A stretch of 64,000 nt of DNA from a virus (lineage: Duplodnaviria > Caudoviricetes). The DNA is taken from positions 1,272-65,271 of the IMG/VR virus record IMGVR_UViG_3300043410_000857. The stretch is one strand, 5' to 3'. The notes beneath the pieces were generated by a model. The model had not been told where the DNA came from. It worked only from the letters and a program-made list of their open reading frames with translations, and did no database searches. The translations under genes were made by a program, and so were the position numbers. Positions 17,032 through 26,995 of the stretch are shown here, piece after piece (positions within the stretch are counted from its first letter, which is position 1; each line of letters begins with the position of its first letter).

Positions 17032-17273
17032 TGAAGAAGACTGCACGCAACGATATCACAGGTGATTTTATTCACAGTAAACCAAGCAGTGATATGTTTG
17101 AAGAAGGTTGGGATAGAATATTCGGCAAGAAAAAAGAAATAGTAGAAGACTCAAGAAAGAATATAAAACCTGAAATATTTACTATACCGAAAGAAAAACA
17201 CGAACATACAATGTTACCAGAATACGAACTCGACAAATCGACAGGTGAGGTAATTAAAAAGGATACACCATGA
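17031..17273 (+). CDS. Hypothetical protein
   Basis: TARNDITGD..SK..S..FEEGWDRIFGK motif common in aquatic phages. Confidence 0.7.
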   Translation: MKKTARNDITGDFIHSKPSSDMFEEGWDRIFGKKKEIVEDSRKNIKPEIFTIPKEKHEHTMLPEYELDKSTGEVIKKDTP

Positions 17274-17896
17274 TAAAAGAACCTAACTTTGAATTATTAT
17301 TTCCGACTCCTGTTATGTTCAGTGAACTTGGTCGTGACTTTACTCAAGCTGAATTAGACTATATAAAAGGTCATGGCGAAGAAGGTAAGACTAATCGTAA
17401 TGTAGGTAATGTCACATCTAATAATAATTACATATTAGAAGAACCTGAAATGGCAGGCTTAAAGAAGTTTGTAACAGAAGCTTTGAATGAATATGTTAAA
17501 CGTGTATATAAACCTAAATATCCTGCAGAATCTTTCGTGACACAATCATGGTTAAACTATACGGCTAAAGGTGAGTTTCATCATAAGCATGAACATCCTA
17601 ACAGTTTTATATCAGGTGTATTATATATTCATACTGATTCAACTAAAGACAAAATTACTTTCCATAGATCGGGATATAAACAATTACAATTAGCTACTGA
17701 CACTTTTGATATTTACAATTCAGATTCATGGTGGTTCAATGTAAAAACGGGTGGTATTGTTATGTTTCCTTCAAGCTTAACGCATCATGTAGAAGATGTT
17801 GTAGCCGATGAAACAAGAATTAGTTTAGCCTTTAATAGTTTTATTAAGGGAACACTCGGTGATAACCGATCATTAACGGAGTTTAAAAATGGCTAA
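17270..17896 (+). CDS. Putative 2OG-Fe(II) oxygenase (TIGR02466-like)
   Basis: LFPTPV, SWLN, HxHxHPNSFISGVLY, FPSSLTHHV, RISLAFN. Confidence 0.85.
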   Translation: MIKEPNFELLFPTPVMFSELGRDFTQAELDYIKGHGEEGKTNRNVGNVTSNNNYILEEPEMAGLKKFVTEALNEYVKRVYKPKYPAESFVTQSWLNYTAKGEFHHKHEHPNSFISGVLYIHTDSTKDKITFHRSGYKQLQLATDTFDIYNSDSWWFNVKTGGIVMFPSSLTHHVEDVVADETRISLAFNSFIKGTLGDNRSLTEFKNG

Positions 17897-18455
17897 AAAC
17901 CTAGAAGACTATATTAAGATTTATCCAACATTAGATACAGAATTATGTGACAAGATTAGAAAAGAATTAGAGGAAGTATCTTGGGAGCAACATCTTTTTT
18001 ATAATTCTGACGGAAAGTATGTTACTCAAAGTGGCAACAGAGAATTAGATATATCATGGGATAATATTCCTAGCCGTGCTGACCTTACTCAAAAGGTTTG
18101 GGAAACAATATCTAAATATATTTTAGAAGATTTTAAAAATCCATACTTTGATGGATGGTCAGGGTTTACTACAATTAGATTTAATCGATATCATCCTGAT
18201 AGATTAATGGCATTACATTGCGATCATATTCATGATATGTTTGATGGCCAACGAAAAGGTATTCCAACACTGACTATATTAGGCGCATTAAATAATGACT
18301 ATGAAGGCGGTGAGTTCTTAATGTTTGATGAAGAAAAAGAATTTAAAATTAAAGCAGGCGAGATTATGATATTCCCGTCAGTCTTTTTATACCCACATCG
18401 TGTGGCTCCTGTTACCAAAGGTGTTAGAGATACATTCGTAAGTTGGGTGTGGTAA
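17889..18455 (+). CDS. 2OG-Fe(II) oxygenase, prolyl-4-hydroxylase-like
   Basis: HCD, LNNDYEGGEF, FPSVFLYPHRVAPVTKGVR. Confidence 0.88.
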   Translation: MAKNLEDYIKIYPTLDTELCDKIRKELEEVSWEQHLFYNSDGKYVTQSGNRELDISWDNIPSRADLTQKVWETISKYILEDFKNPYFDGWSGFTTIRFNRYHPDRLMALHCDHIHDMFDGQRKGIPTLTILGALNNDYEGGEFLMFDEEKEFKIKAGEIMIFPSVFLYPHRVAPVTKGVRDTFVSWVW

Positions 18456-19111
18456 TGTCTGACTTTACTTGGTCGTACTCATCCCTCAAGCAATATCAAA
18501 ACTGCCCTAAGCAATATTATGAAATCAAGGTTGCAGAAAACTATACGATCATTCCTTCGGAGCAAATGAAATATGGAACAGAAGTACATAAAGCTTTGGA
18601 AGACTATGTTAAAGATGGCAAAGAATTGGCGACAAACTATCTCCGGTTTAAAAACATGGTTGATTCACTCAAAGAAATCCCTGGTCAAAAATATCCTGAA
18701 TATGAAATGGCCCTCTATCGAGACCGTACGCCTTGCGATTTCAAGGATCCTAATCGTTGGGTGCGTGGTATTGTTGACTTACTTATTGTTGATGGAGATT
18801 ATGGTTTTATTGTGGATTATAAAACTGGGTCTCACAAGTATCCCGACCCTAAACAATTGCGCCTAATGGCTTTAATGACCTTTGCACATTTTCCACAAAT
18901 CAATAAGATTAAAGCAGGTTTATTATTTGTAATGCACGATGTATTTATTACAGAAGAATATAAAAGAGAAGATATTGATAAGTCATGGGAAAAGTTTACA
19001 GGCCCTTTAATGAGACTTACAAAGTCTTACCAAGAAGATACATGGCCGCCAAACCCTACGCCGTTATGTAGATTCTGCCCAGTTAAAACCTGCGAGTTTA
19101 ATCGAACCTAA
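18455..19111 (+). CDS. PD-(D/E)xK Cas4/RecB-like exonuclease
   Basis: WSYSSL..Y..CP, GTEVH, RGIVD, VDYKTG, QL..Y-like motif, C-terminal CxxC..C. Confidence 0.88.
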   Translation: MSDFTWSYSSLKQYQNCPKQYYEIKVAENYTIIPSEQMKYGTEVHKALEDYVKDGKELATNYLRFKNMVDSLKEIPGQKYPEYEMALYRDRTPCDFKDPNRWVRGIVDLLIVDGDYGFIVDYKTGSHKYPDPKQLRLMALMTFAHFPQINKIKAGLLFVMHDVFITEEYKREDIDKSWEKFTGPLMRLTKSYQEDTWPPNPTPLCRFCPVKTCEFNRT

Positions 19112-19112
19112 T

Positions 19113-19559
19113 ATGAACTGCTGCGTTTGTGGAAACGAGCTTTTAAAATATGCAGGCAGAGGTAGGCCTTTCGTATATTGTAGTGATAAATGTAAAAGAG
19201 TTGGACAAATCCGGGCTACAAATAAATGGATAAATAATAATTGGGAACGATATTTTGATACTTTATGTAGACTAAAAAACCGTAAAGAACAAGGATTAAA
19301 TTCAAAAATTTTAATAGAAATATTAAAGCGTCAAAATTATAAGTGTGCTTTGACAGGATTAGAATTAACATGTTTAAGAGACCCTAACAAACGATACGGT
19401 ACAAATGCAAGTATTGATAGAATTGATAGTAATTTAGGGTATAATATAGACAATATCCATTTAGTGTGTGCGGATATAAATGTATTTAAACGAGATATGA
19501 CCGTCGATGAATTTGTCGATTGGTGTAAGAGAGTAGTGGTATATGCCCTTTGTAAATAA
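19113..19559 (+). CDS. HNH-type homing endonuclease with N-terminal Zn ribbon
   Basis: CxxC..CSDKC; CALTG...SIDRIDSNLGYNIDNIHLVC..IN..K. Confidence 0.75.
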   Translation: MNCCVCGNELLKYAGRGRPFVYCSDKCKRVGQIRATNKWINNNWERYFDTLCRLKNRKEQGLNSKILIEILKRQNYKCALTGLELTCLRDPNKRYGTNASIDRIDSNLGYNIDNIHLVCADINVFKRDMTVDEFVDWCKRVVVYALCK

Positions 19560-19845
19560 ACCTAGACCTATCTATAAAGATTCCCCGCTTGAACATAAGA
19601 AGCGTATGGAACGCCAACGTGCACGCCGTGCAATAGATAAGAAGTATCCAGATAAAAATGGTAATGGCGAAGCTGACATTAGAGAAGGTAAAGATGTATC
19701 ACATAAGAAAGCCCTTGACAAGGGTGGTTCAAACAAGGACGGATATTTTATCCAGTCTGCCAAGAAAAACCGTTCTTTCAAACGAGATTCAAAGCATAAT
19801 TTAGTTTCTGAATCAAGTAAACGCGAACGTAAAAAATCTAAATAA
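19543..19845 (+). CDS. Basic HNH-like small protein
   Basis: GKDVSHKKAL.KGGSN...NRS. Confidence 0.6.
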   Translation: MPFVNKPRPIYKDSPLEHKKRMERQRARRAIDKKYPDKNGNGEADIREGKDVSHKKALDKGGSNKDGYFIQSAKKNRSFKRDSKHNLVSESSKRERKKSK

Positions 19846-19860
19846 ATAGTAAAATTTTAG

Positions 19861-19889
19861 TTGACAGATAGAAATACCTATAGTAATAT
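19861..19889 (+). promoter_or_regulatory. Sigma70 promoter, probably giving a leaderless helicase mRNA
   Basis: TTGACA-17 nt-TAATAT; ATG 6 nt after the -10 box. Confidence 0.65.
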
Positions 19890-19895
19890 AGGCAA

Positions 19896-21461
19896 ATGGA
19901 AATCTTAAACAACACAGCTGTAAAGCTCACAGTACCGGAACACATAGTTCCGCATATCACAAGTAACATAGAGAAAGCAGAAATTATTTCTCGCAATGGT
20001 AACCTGACAGAAATGTTAGTTTATTGGGGTGTGCCAGAGATGACCAAGCTCAACCAGATTGTTTCATTCCGAAACAATTTACCTTCACCTATTTCACGTG
20101 ATTATAACTACCCAGGTTTATATAAACCTTTTGATCACCAAAAAACCACTGCTGAATTTTTAAGCATTAATCGTCGTGCCTTTTGTTTTAACGAAGCAGG
20201 TACAGGTAAAACTTCTTCAGTGATTTGGGCTGCGGATTATCTAATGTCACAAAAAGAAATAAAGCGTGTCTTGGTGATATGTCCGTTATCTATTATGTAT
20301 TCAGCATGGCAAGCCGATATCTTAAATACAGCAATGCATCGTCCTGTTGCAGTAGCACATGGTAGTGCAGAAAAGCGTAAGAAGATTATAGAAGGTCCGT
20401 ATGAATTTGTAATTATTAATTATGATGGTGTGGCTATTGTTAAAGATGTAATTGCTAATGGTGGTTTTGATTTAATAGTGATTGATGAAGCAAATGCATA
20501 CAAAAGTCCACAAACTACGCGCTGGAAAACCCTAGCTAAACTTCTTAAGCCTGAGACAAGACTATGGATGATGACAGGTACACCTGCGTCTCAATCTCCA
20601 GTTGATGCATACGGGCTAGCTAAACTTGTGTGCCCACAGAACGTGCCTAAATTTAGTATGGCATGGCGTGATAAGGTTATGCAACAAGTCACAAGATTCA
20701 AATGGGTTCCTAAAAATAATGCTAGACATGAAGTCTTTAAAGTATTACAACCTGCGATTCGGTTCTCTAAAGATGAATGCTTAGACTTACCTGATGTGAT
20801 GTATCAAACAAGAGAAGTACCACTATCACCTCAAGTACAAAAATATTATAAACAATTAAAAGAACAAATGATGATTGAAGCTGCCGGTACACAGATTAGT
20901 GCTGTCAATGCTGCAGCAGGTTTAAGCAAGTTATTACAAATATCAGGCGGTGCAGTTTACACAGATAAGAAAGAAGTATTAGAGTTTGATATTCAACCTC
21001 GTCTATCTGCATTAATGGAAGTAATAGATGAGACTGAACATAAAGTTATTATCTTTGTACCGTTTAAACATACGATAGATTTATTAGAAAGATATTTAAC
21101 TGATCATCATATACCAAATGAAGTTATTCAAGGAGATGTATCAGCAACCCAACGAGCGAATATTATTAATCAATTTCAATCCATGGAAAATCCTAGGGTT
21201 CTTATTATTCAACCTCAATCAGCATCTCATGGCGTGACTTTAACTGCAGCTAACACAGTTGTATTCTGGTCACCTGTGATGTCAGTTGAGACATACTTAC
21301 AATGTATCGCTCGTATGGATCGTGTTGGACAAAAAAACAAGATGACAGTAGTACACTTACAAGGTTCGGAAGTAGAAAAAAGAATGTACAAAATGTTACA
21401 AGGTAAAGTAGATATGCATACTAAACTAGTTGATTTATATAGAGAGGAATTAGAAGCATGA
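19896..21461 (+). CDS. SNF2-family (SF2) helicase
   Basis: NEAGTGKT, VIDEA, MTGTP, SHGVTLTAA, QCIARMDRVGQ. Confidence 0.92.
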   Translation: MEILNNTAVKLTVPEHIVPHITSNIEKAEIISRNGNLTEMLVYWGVPEMTKLNQIVSFRNNLPSPISRDYNYPGLYKPFDHQKTTAEFLSINRRAFCFNEAGTGKTSSVIWAADYLMSQKEIKRVLVICPLSIMYSAWQADILNTAMHRPVAVAHGSAEKRKKIIEGPYEFVIINYDGVAIVKDVIANGGFDLIVIDEANAYKSPQTTRWKTLAKLLKPETRLWMMTGTPASQSPVDAYGLAKLVCPQNVPKFSMAWRDKVMQQVTRFKWVPKNNARHEVFKVLQPAIRFSKDECLDLPDVMYQTREVPLSPQVQKYYKQLKEQMMIEAAGTQISAVNAAAGLSKLLQISGGAVYTDKKEVLEFDIQPRLSALMEVIDETEHKVIIFVPFKHTIDLLERYLTDHHIPNEVIQGDVSATQRANIINQFQSMENPRVLIIQPQSASHGVTLTAANTVVFWSPVMSVETYLQCIARMDRVGQKNKMTVVHLQGSEVEKRMYKMLQGKVDMHTKLVDLYREELEA

Positions 21462-22222
21462 TTGAAATACACTATTCTTTACCAGATTATAGTAGTCAAA
21501 CTATTCTTACAGGGGATCCTAATAAATATGCCTGGAGAGAAATAGCTTACTTCGACCCAGAACCTGTCTTAAATCTTTTGGCACAAGAACGTGATAAAAA
21601 TATATCGTACTTACAATGCCCAGCATTCACAAATTATTATAAGAATTGTTATTTAATAAGGTGTCCTTTTGATTTGACTATATCTTTAGACCCAGTAACT
21701 AATAGTTTTAGAACTAATGAATTTGATCAGGAGTTTTATGATAAGTATTTAGTAGATAGAGTAGACCAAAATAATATTTATAGGATGTTAAGTTTAAGGA
21801 TATTGTATTTATTCTATAGTGAACATGAAGTATTGATGCAACAAATATCTCCTTCTATGCATAAAACAGAACTAATAAACAATATAAATATAATTCATGG
21901 GGAGTTTGACATATCTAAATGGATAAGACCAGTAGAGTTTTCTTTTGAGATTGTAGATAAAACTAAGCCCCTTATTTTAAAAAGAGGAGACCCTTTATTT
22001 TATATACGATTTGCAACAAACGAGACAGTTAAATTAATAAGGAGCCCTATGACAGAAGAATTAAATTATATAAGTAGTGCATGTTTATATGCAAAAGATG
22101 TAATAAGAAAACAATCATTAAATGAAAGATACGAATCCGCTAAGAGTTTAATTAGTTCGTATAAAGATAAAATATTTGGTAAGAAATCAAAATGTCCATT
22201 CAGTTTTTTAAGGAGGAAATAA
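21458..22222 (+). CDS. Conserved hypothetical protein (AT-rich insertion)
   Basis: CPAF..Y....RCPFD, GEFDISKWIRP, KRGDPL, C-terminal KCPF. Confidence 0.65.
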   Translation: MIEIHYSLPDYSSQTILTGDPNKYAWREIAYFDPEPVLNLLAQERDKNISYLQCPAFTNYYKNCYLIRCPFDLTISLDPVTNSFRTNEFDQEFYDKYLVDRVDQNNIYRMLSLRILYLFYSEHEVLMQQISPSMHKTELINNINIIHGEFDISKWIRPVEFSFEIVDKTKPLILKRGDPLFYIRFATNETVKLIRSPMTEELNYISSACLYAKDVIRKQSLNERYESAKSLISSYKDKIFGKKSKCPFSFLRRK

Positions 22223-22678
22223 ATGAGTGAAAATTTAAATGAAGATCTAGGTATATCAGTAGAGGCCGATTCTAATTCTGCCCCTAAACTAGAAGAATTA
22301 GTAAAAACTTACTTGACAATACGAGATGCTAAGAGTACTCTATATCGTGAGTACACTACAAAAAGTGGGCAGTTAGAAGAAGAATTAAAACAGATTGAAG
22401 CTGTATTGATTGACGAGTGTAACCATATTGGCGCAGATAGTATTCGTACTAATGCAGGCACAATTACTAAGTCTGTAAAAGAAGAATACTCATGTGGTAA
22501 TTGGGATGAGTTTAAACAATTCGTGATCCAAGAAAATGCACTAGAGTTATTAGCGCAGAAGATTCATCAAAGTAATTTTAGAGAGTTTATGGCTAATCAT
22601 GGCGGTGATGGATTACCACCTGGTATTAGTTCCGTAAGAGAATTTAGAGCAGTAGTAAGAAAACCAACAGCAAAATAA
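22223..22678 (+). CDS. Conserved replication-module protein
   Basis: Coiled coil, SIRTNAGT, NWDEFKQF, PPGI; lies upstream of the SSB-like gene. Confidence 0.7.
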   Translation: MSENLNEDLGISVEADSNSAPKLEELVKTYLTIRDAKSTLYREYTTKSGQLEEELKQIEAVLIDECNHIGADSIRTNAGTITKSVKEEYSCGNWDEFKQFVIQENALELLAQKIHQSNFREFMANHGGDGLPPGISSVREFRAVVRKPTAK

Positions 22679-22688
22679 GGAGAAGTAT

Positions 22689-23540
22689 ATGAGTACCGAT
22701 TTAATAGCGCAGTTACAACAAAATTCTTTAATGGCCCCTGGCGGTCTTAATGAAGATACATTAGCAGTTGCAGGTCGTGCTAATACAAGACGTCTATCTA
22801 CGGATGGCGGTAAGTTTAATTTATTAGTGAATGGTAATGAAGTTGCATCTACAGATAAAGAGATTGAAGTAGTCTTTGTCAAGATGGCTCACTCACCTTC
22901 ACGTACATTCTATGGTAGCGCTTATACACCAGGTGCTAAATCTAAACCACTATGTTGGTCTAATAATGCACAGACACCTGACGCAGAAGTAAAAGAACCG
23001 CAAGCCCCTGCATGTAATCAATGTAAGCATAGTATTCGTGGTGCGACTCCTGCATGTAAATTATCATGGAGAACTGCAGTAGTTCAACCTACAAAACCTA
23101 CAGAAGTAATGCAATTAATCTTGTCTCCTAAGTCTTGCTTTGGTGATGAAGTTAATGGTAAGCGTCCGTTCCAAACCTATATTAGATACCTTGCTGCAAG
23201 CGGTATTAATAATAACAATGTGATCACTAAGATTTCTTTCGACAAATCTGTGACATATCAGAAGTTATTATTTGAACCAAGTGGTGCCGTGCCTATGGAT
23301 ATGTTAGGTACATTAAACAATGTAGGCCAATCAGACGAGGCTAAAAACTATGTAACACTACGAGTATTCCAAGAGGCAGATGATACTCCACCTGTTGCAC
23401 AGCCAACCCTTAATACACCACAACCACAAGCAGATGTTGTTGAGCCAACATTAAGAGCAACTGAACCTGCACCGGCGCAACCAGCTGCACCAAAAGCTGA
23501 TGTAAGTTCTATCATTAATAAATGGTCTGCAAAGTCATAG
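22689..23540 (+). CDS. Putative single-stranded DNA-binding/annealing protein
   Basis: RTFY...KPLCWS, CxxC, Pro/Ala-rich tail ending in W; position in replication module. Confidence 0.55.
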   Translation: MSTDLIAQLQQNSLMAPGGLNEDTLAVAGRANTRRLSTDGGKFNLLVNGNEVASTDKEIEVVFVKMAHSPSRTFYGSAYTPGAKSKPLCWSNNAQTPDAEVKEPQAPACNQCKHSIRGATPACKLSWRTAVVQPTKPTEVMQLILSPKSCFGDEVNGKRPFQTYIRYLAASGINNNNVITKISFDKSVTYQKLLFEPSGAVPMDMLGTLNNVGQSDEAKNYVTLRVFQEADDTPPVAQPTLNTPQPQADVVEPTLRATEPAPAQPAAPKADVSSIINKWSAKS

Positions 23541-23549
23541 GAGAAAATA

Positions 23550-23858
23550 ATGGCTAGACCATATAGTGAACAATTTATATTAGGATTGAATAAAGCTGAT
23601 CCTACGCGTATCGGAGTACAACTGGGTAAGGTTTGTGTAAAAGCAAACCTCCCAACCTCTTATGTTGCAGAAGCTTTCAATGTATCTAGGATGTCAATAC
23701 ATAGTTGGTTTCGCGGTCAATATGTAAGAGAAAAGAATTATGAGCGTATCGTAAAGTTTATAGAAAAAATTAACCAAGGACTTGACAAAGGTATATTACC
23801 TGCGCCGGATATGACCGTGGCTAAAAATTATTTAAACGCAATACGTGACAAAGTATAA
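23550..23858 (+). CDS. HTH DNA-binding protein
   Basis: SYVAEAFNVSRMSIHSWFRG, XRE-like helix-turn-helix. Confidence 0.75.
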   Translation: MARPYSEQFILGLNKADPTRIGVQLGKVCVKANLPTSYVAEAFNVSRMSIHSWFRGQYVREKNYERIVKFIEKINQGLDKGILPAPDMTVAKNYLNAIRDKV

Positions 23859-23952
23859 AAACGTAGTAGAATAGAGATATCCCGTAGTAAATTTTAAAAA
23901 CACACAATTTGTGTGGTGGGATACTGTTGACTAAAAAATTAGGAAACTGCAA

Positions 23953-26811
23953 ATGATTACAGAATTTTATAAGAAAGTATTACCAAGTAAGGGTGTGTAT
24001 TGCATAGCAACAAAAGACCCGGGCGAAGGTACATACATGAAACACAAATTTGTTGAGAACATCGATGACATAGAACCAACAGTCAAAGACCTCATCAAAA
24101 CAAATACTAATATCTTCGTAGCCTTAAGTTCATTCGATGGCTATAGTCGTAAAGCAGAAAATGCAATACTAGCCAAGTCATTCTTTGTTGATCTTGATGT
24201 TGGCGAAGGTAAAGGCTATTTATCTAAAGGCGAAGCTAATCAAGCATTAGAAGATTTTGTTAATAAAGAAGGCTTACCTCCTCCAGTTAAAGTAGATTCA
24301 GGCGGTGGTATACATGCATACTGGCCTCTTGATCACGATATCCCTACACCTGAATGGAAACCCTACGCTGAAAAGTTTAAAGAGTTTTGTTTAGGTAGAG
24401 GACTTAAGATTGATCCAGTTGTTACTGCAGACGTAGCACGTATCTTACGTTGCCCTGATACATTCAATCAAAAATCTGATCCACCAAGTCGTACCTATAT
24501 GTTGACTGAAGATGTACCGGTTTATTCTTATGAAGAATTTAAGAACTTCTTAGGTGAAGTCCAAGTAGCACATGATGATATTCTAGCTTCTATCCCTAAA
24601 GGACTTAGTGAAGATCAGAAGAAAATGTTAAAGCTAGATAACTATGAGTCCAAGTTTAAAGACATAGCTATCAAGTCATTAGAAGGTAATGGTTGTAATC
24701 AGATTAAGTTTATATTAGAGAATGCTAAAGAAGTGCCAGAACCTTTATGGTGGGCAGGGCTTTCTATTGCTAGAAATTGTTCTGATGGGGACGAAGCTAT
24801 TCACATGATGTCGGAAGATCATCCTGACTATAACAAAATAGCAACCATCAGAAAGGCAGAAACAACACGAGGTAAGCCTCAGTCATGCGAAACATTTAAC
24901 AATGTTAATCCAGGTGGATGCGACGGCTGTCCGTTTAAAGGCAAAATCAAACCGGCTAACCCATTAGGAATTAGTAATCAACTTCAAATATCACCTGCCG
25001 TAAGTGAGACGGTACTAGAAACAATTACTACTACAACCACAACTACAACTAAAGTATCAACTAAACTTAATGGTTTACCACAAGAGTTACAACCGTTTGT
25101 ATATGGTAAGAATGGCGGTATCTATTATTTACCTCCTATGGAATATGATTCAGAGGGAGTACCGATAGCTAAAGAACCTATCATTGTATCATTGTATGAC
25201 ATCTATCCAGTCAAGCGTATATTCAGTGTGGCTGACGGTGAATGCTTACTTATGAAAGCTATGTTACCTAATGATCCAGAAAGAGAATTTTTATTACCAA
25301 TTAAACATGTCTATGCTATTGAGAAATTCAAAGAAGTCATAGCAAGTAATGGCGTGTTATTTAATCCAGGAAACAAGGAGGTAGGATATTTAATGAACTA
25401 TATAATCAAGTGGGGACAGTACCTCATGAACAAATCCTCTGCAGAAATTATGCGTATGCAGATGGGGTGGACACCTAACAGAGAATCTTTTGTAATTGGT
25501 GGAACCGAGTATTTACGAGATGGTACAGATGTATCATCACCAACATCACCATTATGCCGAGGTATTGCTAAGCATTTAGCACCTGCAGGTAGCTTTGATA
25601 ACTGGAAGATTGCAGCAGATAAACTTAATCAACCAAGTTTAGAACTACATGCCTTTACTATGTTAGCAGGGTTTGGCTCAGCATTGATGGATTACACATC
25701 AACCTCCGGCGTGACAATATGTTTAACAGGTGAATCAGGTGCAGCGAAGACTGGTGCTTTATATTCAGCTTTATCTGTATGGGGTAACCCTAAAGATTTA
25801 TCCGTGTTAGATGCAACAGAGAACGGTATGACAGGTCGTTACCTAGGCTTACATAATATTCCATTTGGTCTAGACGAAGTGGGTAACATATTACCTAAGA
25901 CTCTATCTCAGTTAATCCATAAGATTTCACAAGGTAAATCTAAGATCCGTATGCAAGCATCAGTCAATGCAGAACGAGACCATGAGATGTCAGCATCATT
26001 AATAGCAATCTTTACATCAAATCATTCTTTATATGACAAGTTAACGACATTGAAGAAAGACCCTAATGGTGAAGTAGCACGGCTTATTGAATTATCTGTG
26101 CGCAAGCCAGACGTATTTAAAACTGATGCAGCGATTGGCCGTGAGATTTTTGATAGCTTTAGATTTAATTATGGATGGGCAGGACCTAAATTTGTCCAAG
26201 CTGTTTATACCACAGGCGAACAATCAATCAGTAACATGATAGATAAATGGTGCTTGAAGTTTAAGAAAGACTTTGGTGAAGATACATCCTATCGATTCTA
26301 TGAGAACTTAGTAGCTGCAGCAATGACAGCAGGCGAAATAACTAACACTGCCGGTATTACAAACTTTGATTTGACTAGAGTTTATAAACGTATCGTAACA
26401 GAAATGATTACAATTAAAGATAACGTAGTTAAGGTCAATAGTGTTGATTATGAATCTGTACTATCAGACTATGTCAATAAGAATCAAACTGGCATCCTAG
26501 CTTATAAAGACGGTAAGATGATTATGGAACCTAGAACTGCATTGGTTATTCGTGTAGAAAATGATAGTCATACGATGTATATATCTAAGACTGAATTTGA
26601 TAAGTACCTAGGCGAGATGTCTGTAAGTAGAAAAGAATTCTTATTCCAATTAGTACAAGCAGGTATTGATATTCAAACAGGTAAAGATGTGAAGAAGCGT
26701 ATGAATGCAGGATGGAAAGATTTTGGTAAAGCTGCAACAAGTGTTTATAAACTTAATCTATCCTCACTACCTGAAGAGATTCTAAAGGGATTAGATGAGT
26801 CTACACACTGA
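23953..26811 (+). CDS. Primase-helicase (N-terminal primase, Zn domain, DUF927 helicase)
   Basis: FFVDLD, SGGGIHAYW, ARILRCPDTFN; CxxC; GESGAAKT Walker A, LDE Walker B. Confidence 0.85.
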   Translation: MITEFYKKVLPSKGVYCIATKDPGEGTYMKHKFVENIDDIEPTVKDLIKTNTNIFVALSSFDGYSRKAENAILAKSFFVDLDVGEGKGYLSKGEANQALEDFVNKEGLPPPVKVDSGGGIHAYWPLDHDIPTPEWKPYAEKFKEFCLGRGLKIDPVVTADVARILRCPDTFNQKSDPPSRTYMLTEDVPVYSYEEFKNFLGEVQVAHDDILASIPKGLSEDQKKMLKLDNYESKFKDIAIKSLEGNGCNQIKFILENAKEVPEPLWWAGLSIARNCSDGDEAIHMMSEDHPDYNKIATIRKAETTRGKPQSCETFNNVNPGGCDGCPFKGKIKPANPLGISNQLQISPAVSETVLETITTTTTTTTKVSTKLNGLPQELQPFVYGKNGGIYYLPPMEYDSEGVPIAKEPIIVSLYDIYPVKRIFSVADGECLLMKAMLPNDPEREFLLPIKHVYAIEKFKEVIASNGVLFNPGNKEVGYLMNYIIKWGQYLMNKSSAEIMRMQMGWTPNRESFVIGGTEYLRDGTDVSSPTSPLCRGIAKHLAPAGSFDNWKIAADKLNQPSLELHAFTMLAGFGSALMDYTSTSGVTICLTGESGAAKTGALYSALSVWGNPKDLSVLDATENGMTGRYLGLHNIPFGLDEVGNILPKTLSQLIHKISQGKSKIRMQASVNAERDHEMSASLIAIFTSNHSLYDKLTTLKKDPNGEVARLIELSVRKPDVFKTDAAIGREIFDSFRFNYGWAGPKFVQAVYTTGEQSISNMIDKWCLKFKKDFGEDTSYRFYENLVAAAMTAGEITNTAGITNFDLTRVYKRIVTEMITIKDNVVKVNSVDYESVLSDYVNKNQTGILAYKDGKMIMEPRTALVIRVENDSHTMYISKTEFDKYLGEMSVSRKEFLFQLVQAGIDIQTGKDVKKRMNAGWKDFGKAATSVYKLNLSSLPEEILKGLDESTH

Positions 26812-26995
26812 GCCTGAATGGGTATTCCCTTTTGAAGCAATGTCCATTGGGGAAAGTTTCTTTATTCCTACGCTAAAGCCTTCGCCTATGATTTATGCAA
26901 TCGAGACGGGGGCTAAACGTGCTGGGGTCAAAATGAAAGCTTTTGTTACAGTGAAAGACAATTGTCTAGGTGTTAGAGCCTGGCGTATTAATTAA
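26795..26995 (+). CDS. Small conserved putative DNA-binding protein
   Basis: FPFEAMSIGESFFIP...GVRAWR; last gene of the + arm. Confidence 0.65.
   Translation: MSLHTEPEWVFPFEAMSIGESFFIPTLKPSPMIYAIETGAKRAGVKMKAFVTVKDNCLGVRAWRIN

Noticed and set aside
25021-25050. Poly-Thr tract in the primase as a phase-variable repeat
   Set aside because: Mixed ACN codons, in frame; an inter-domain linker
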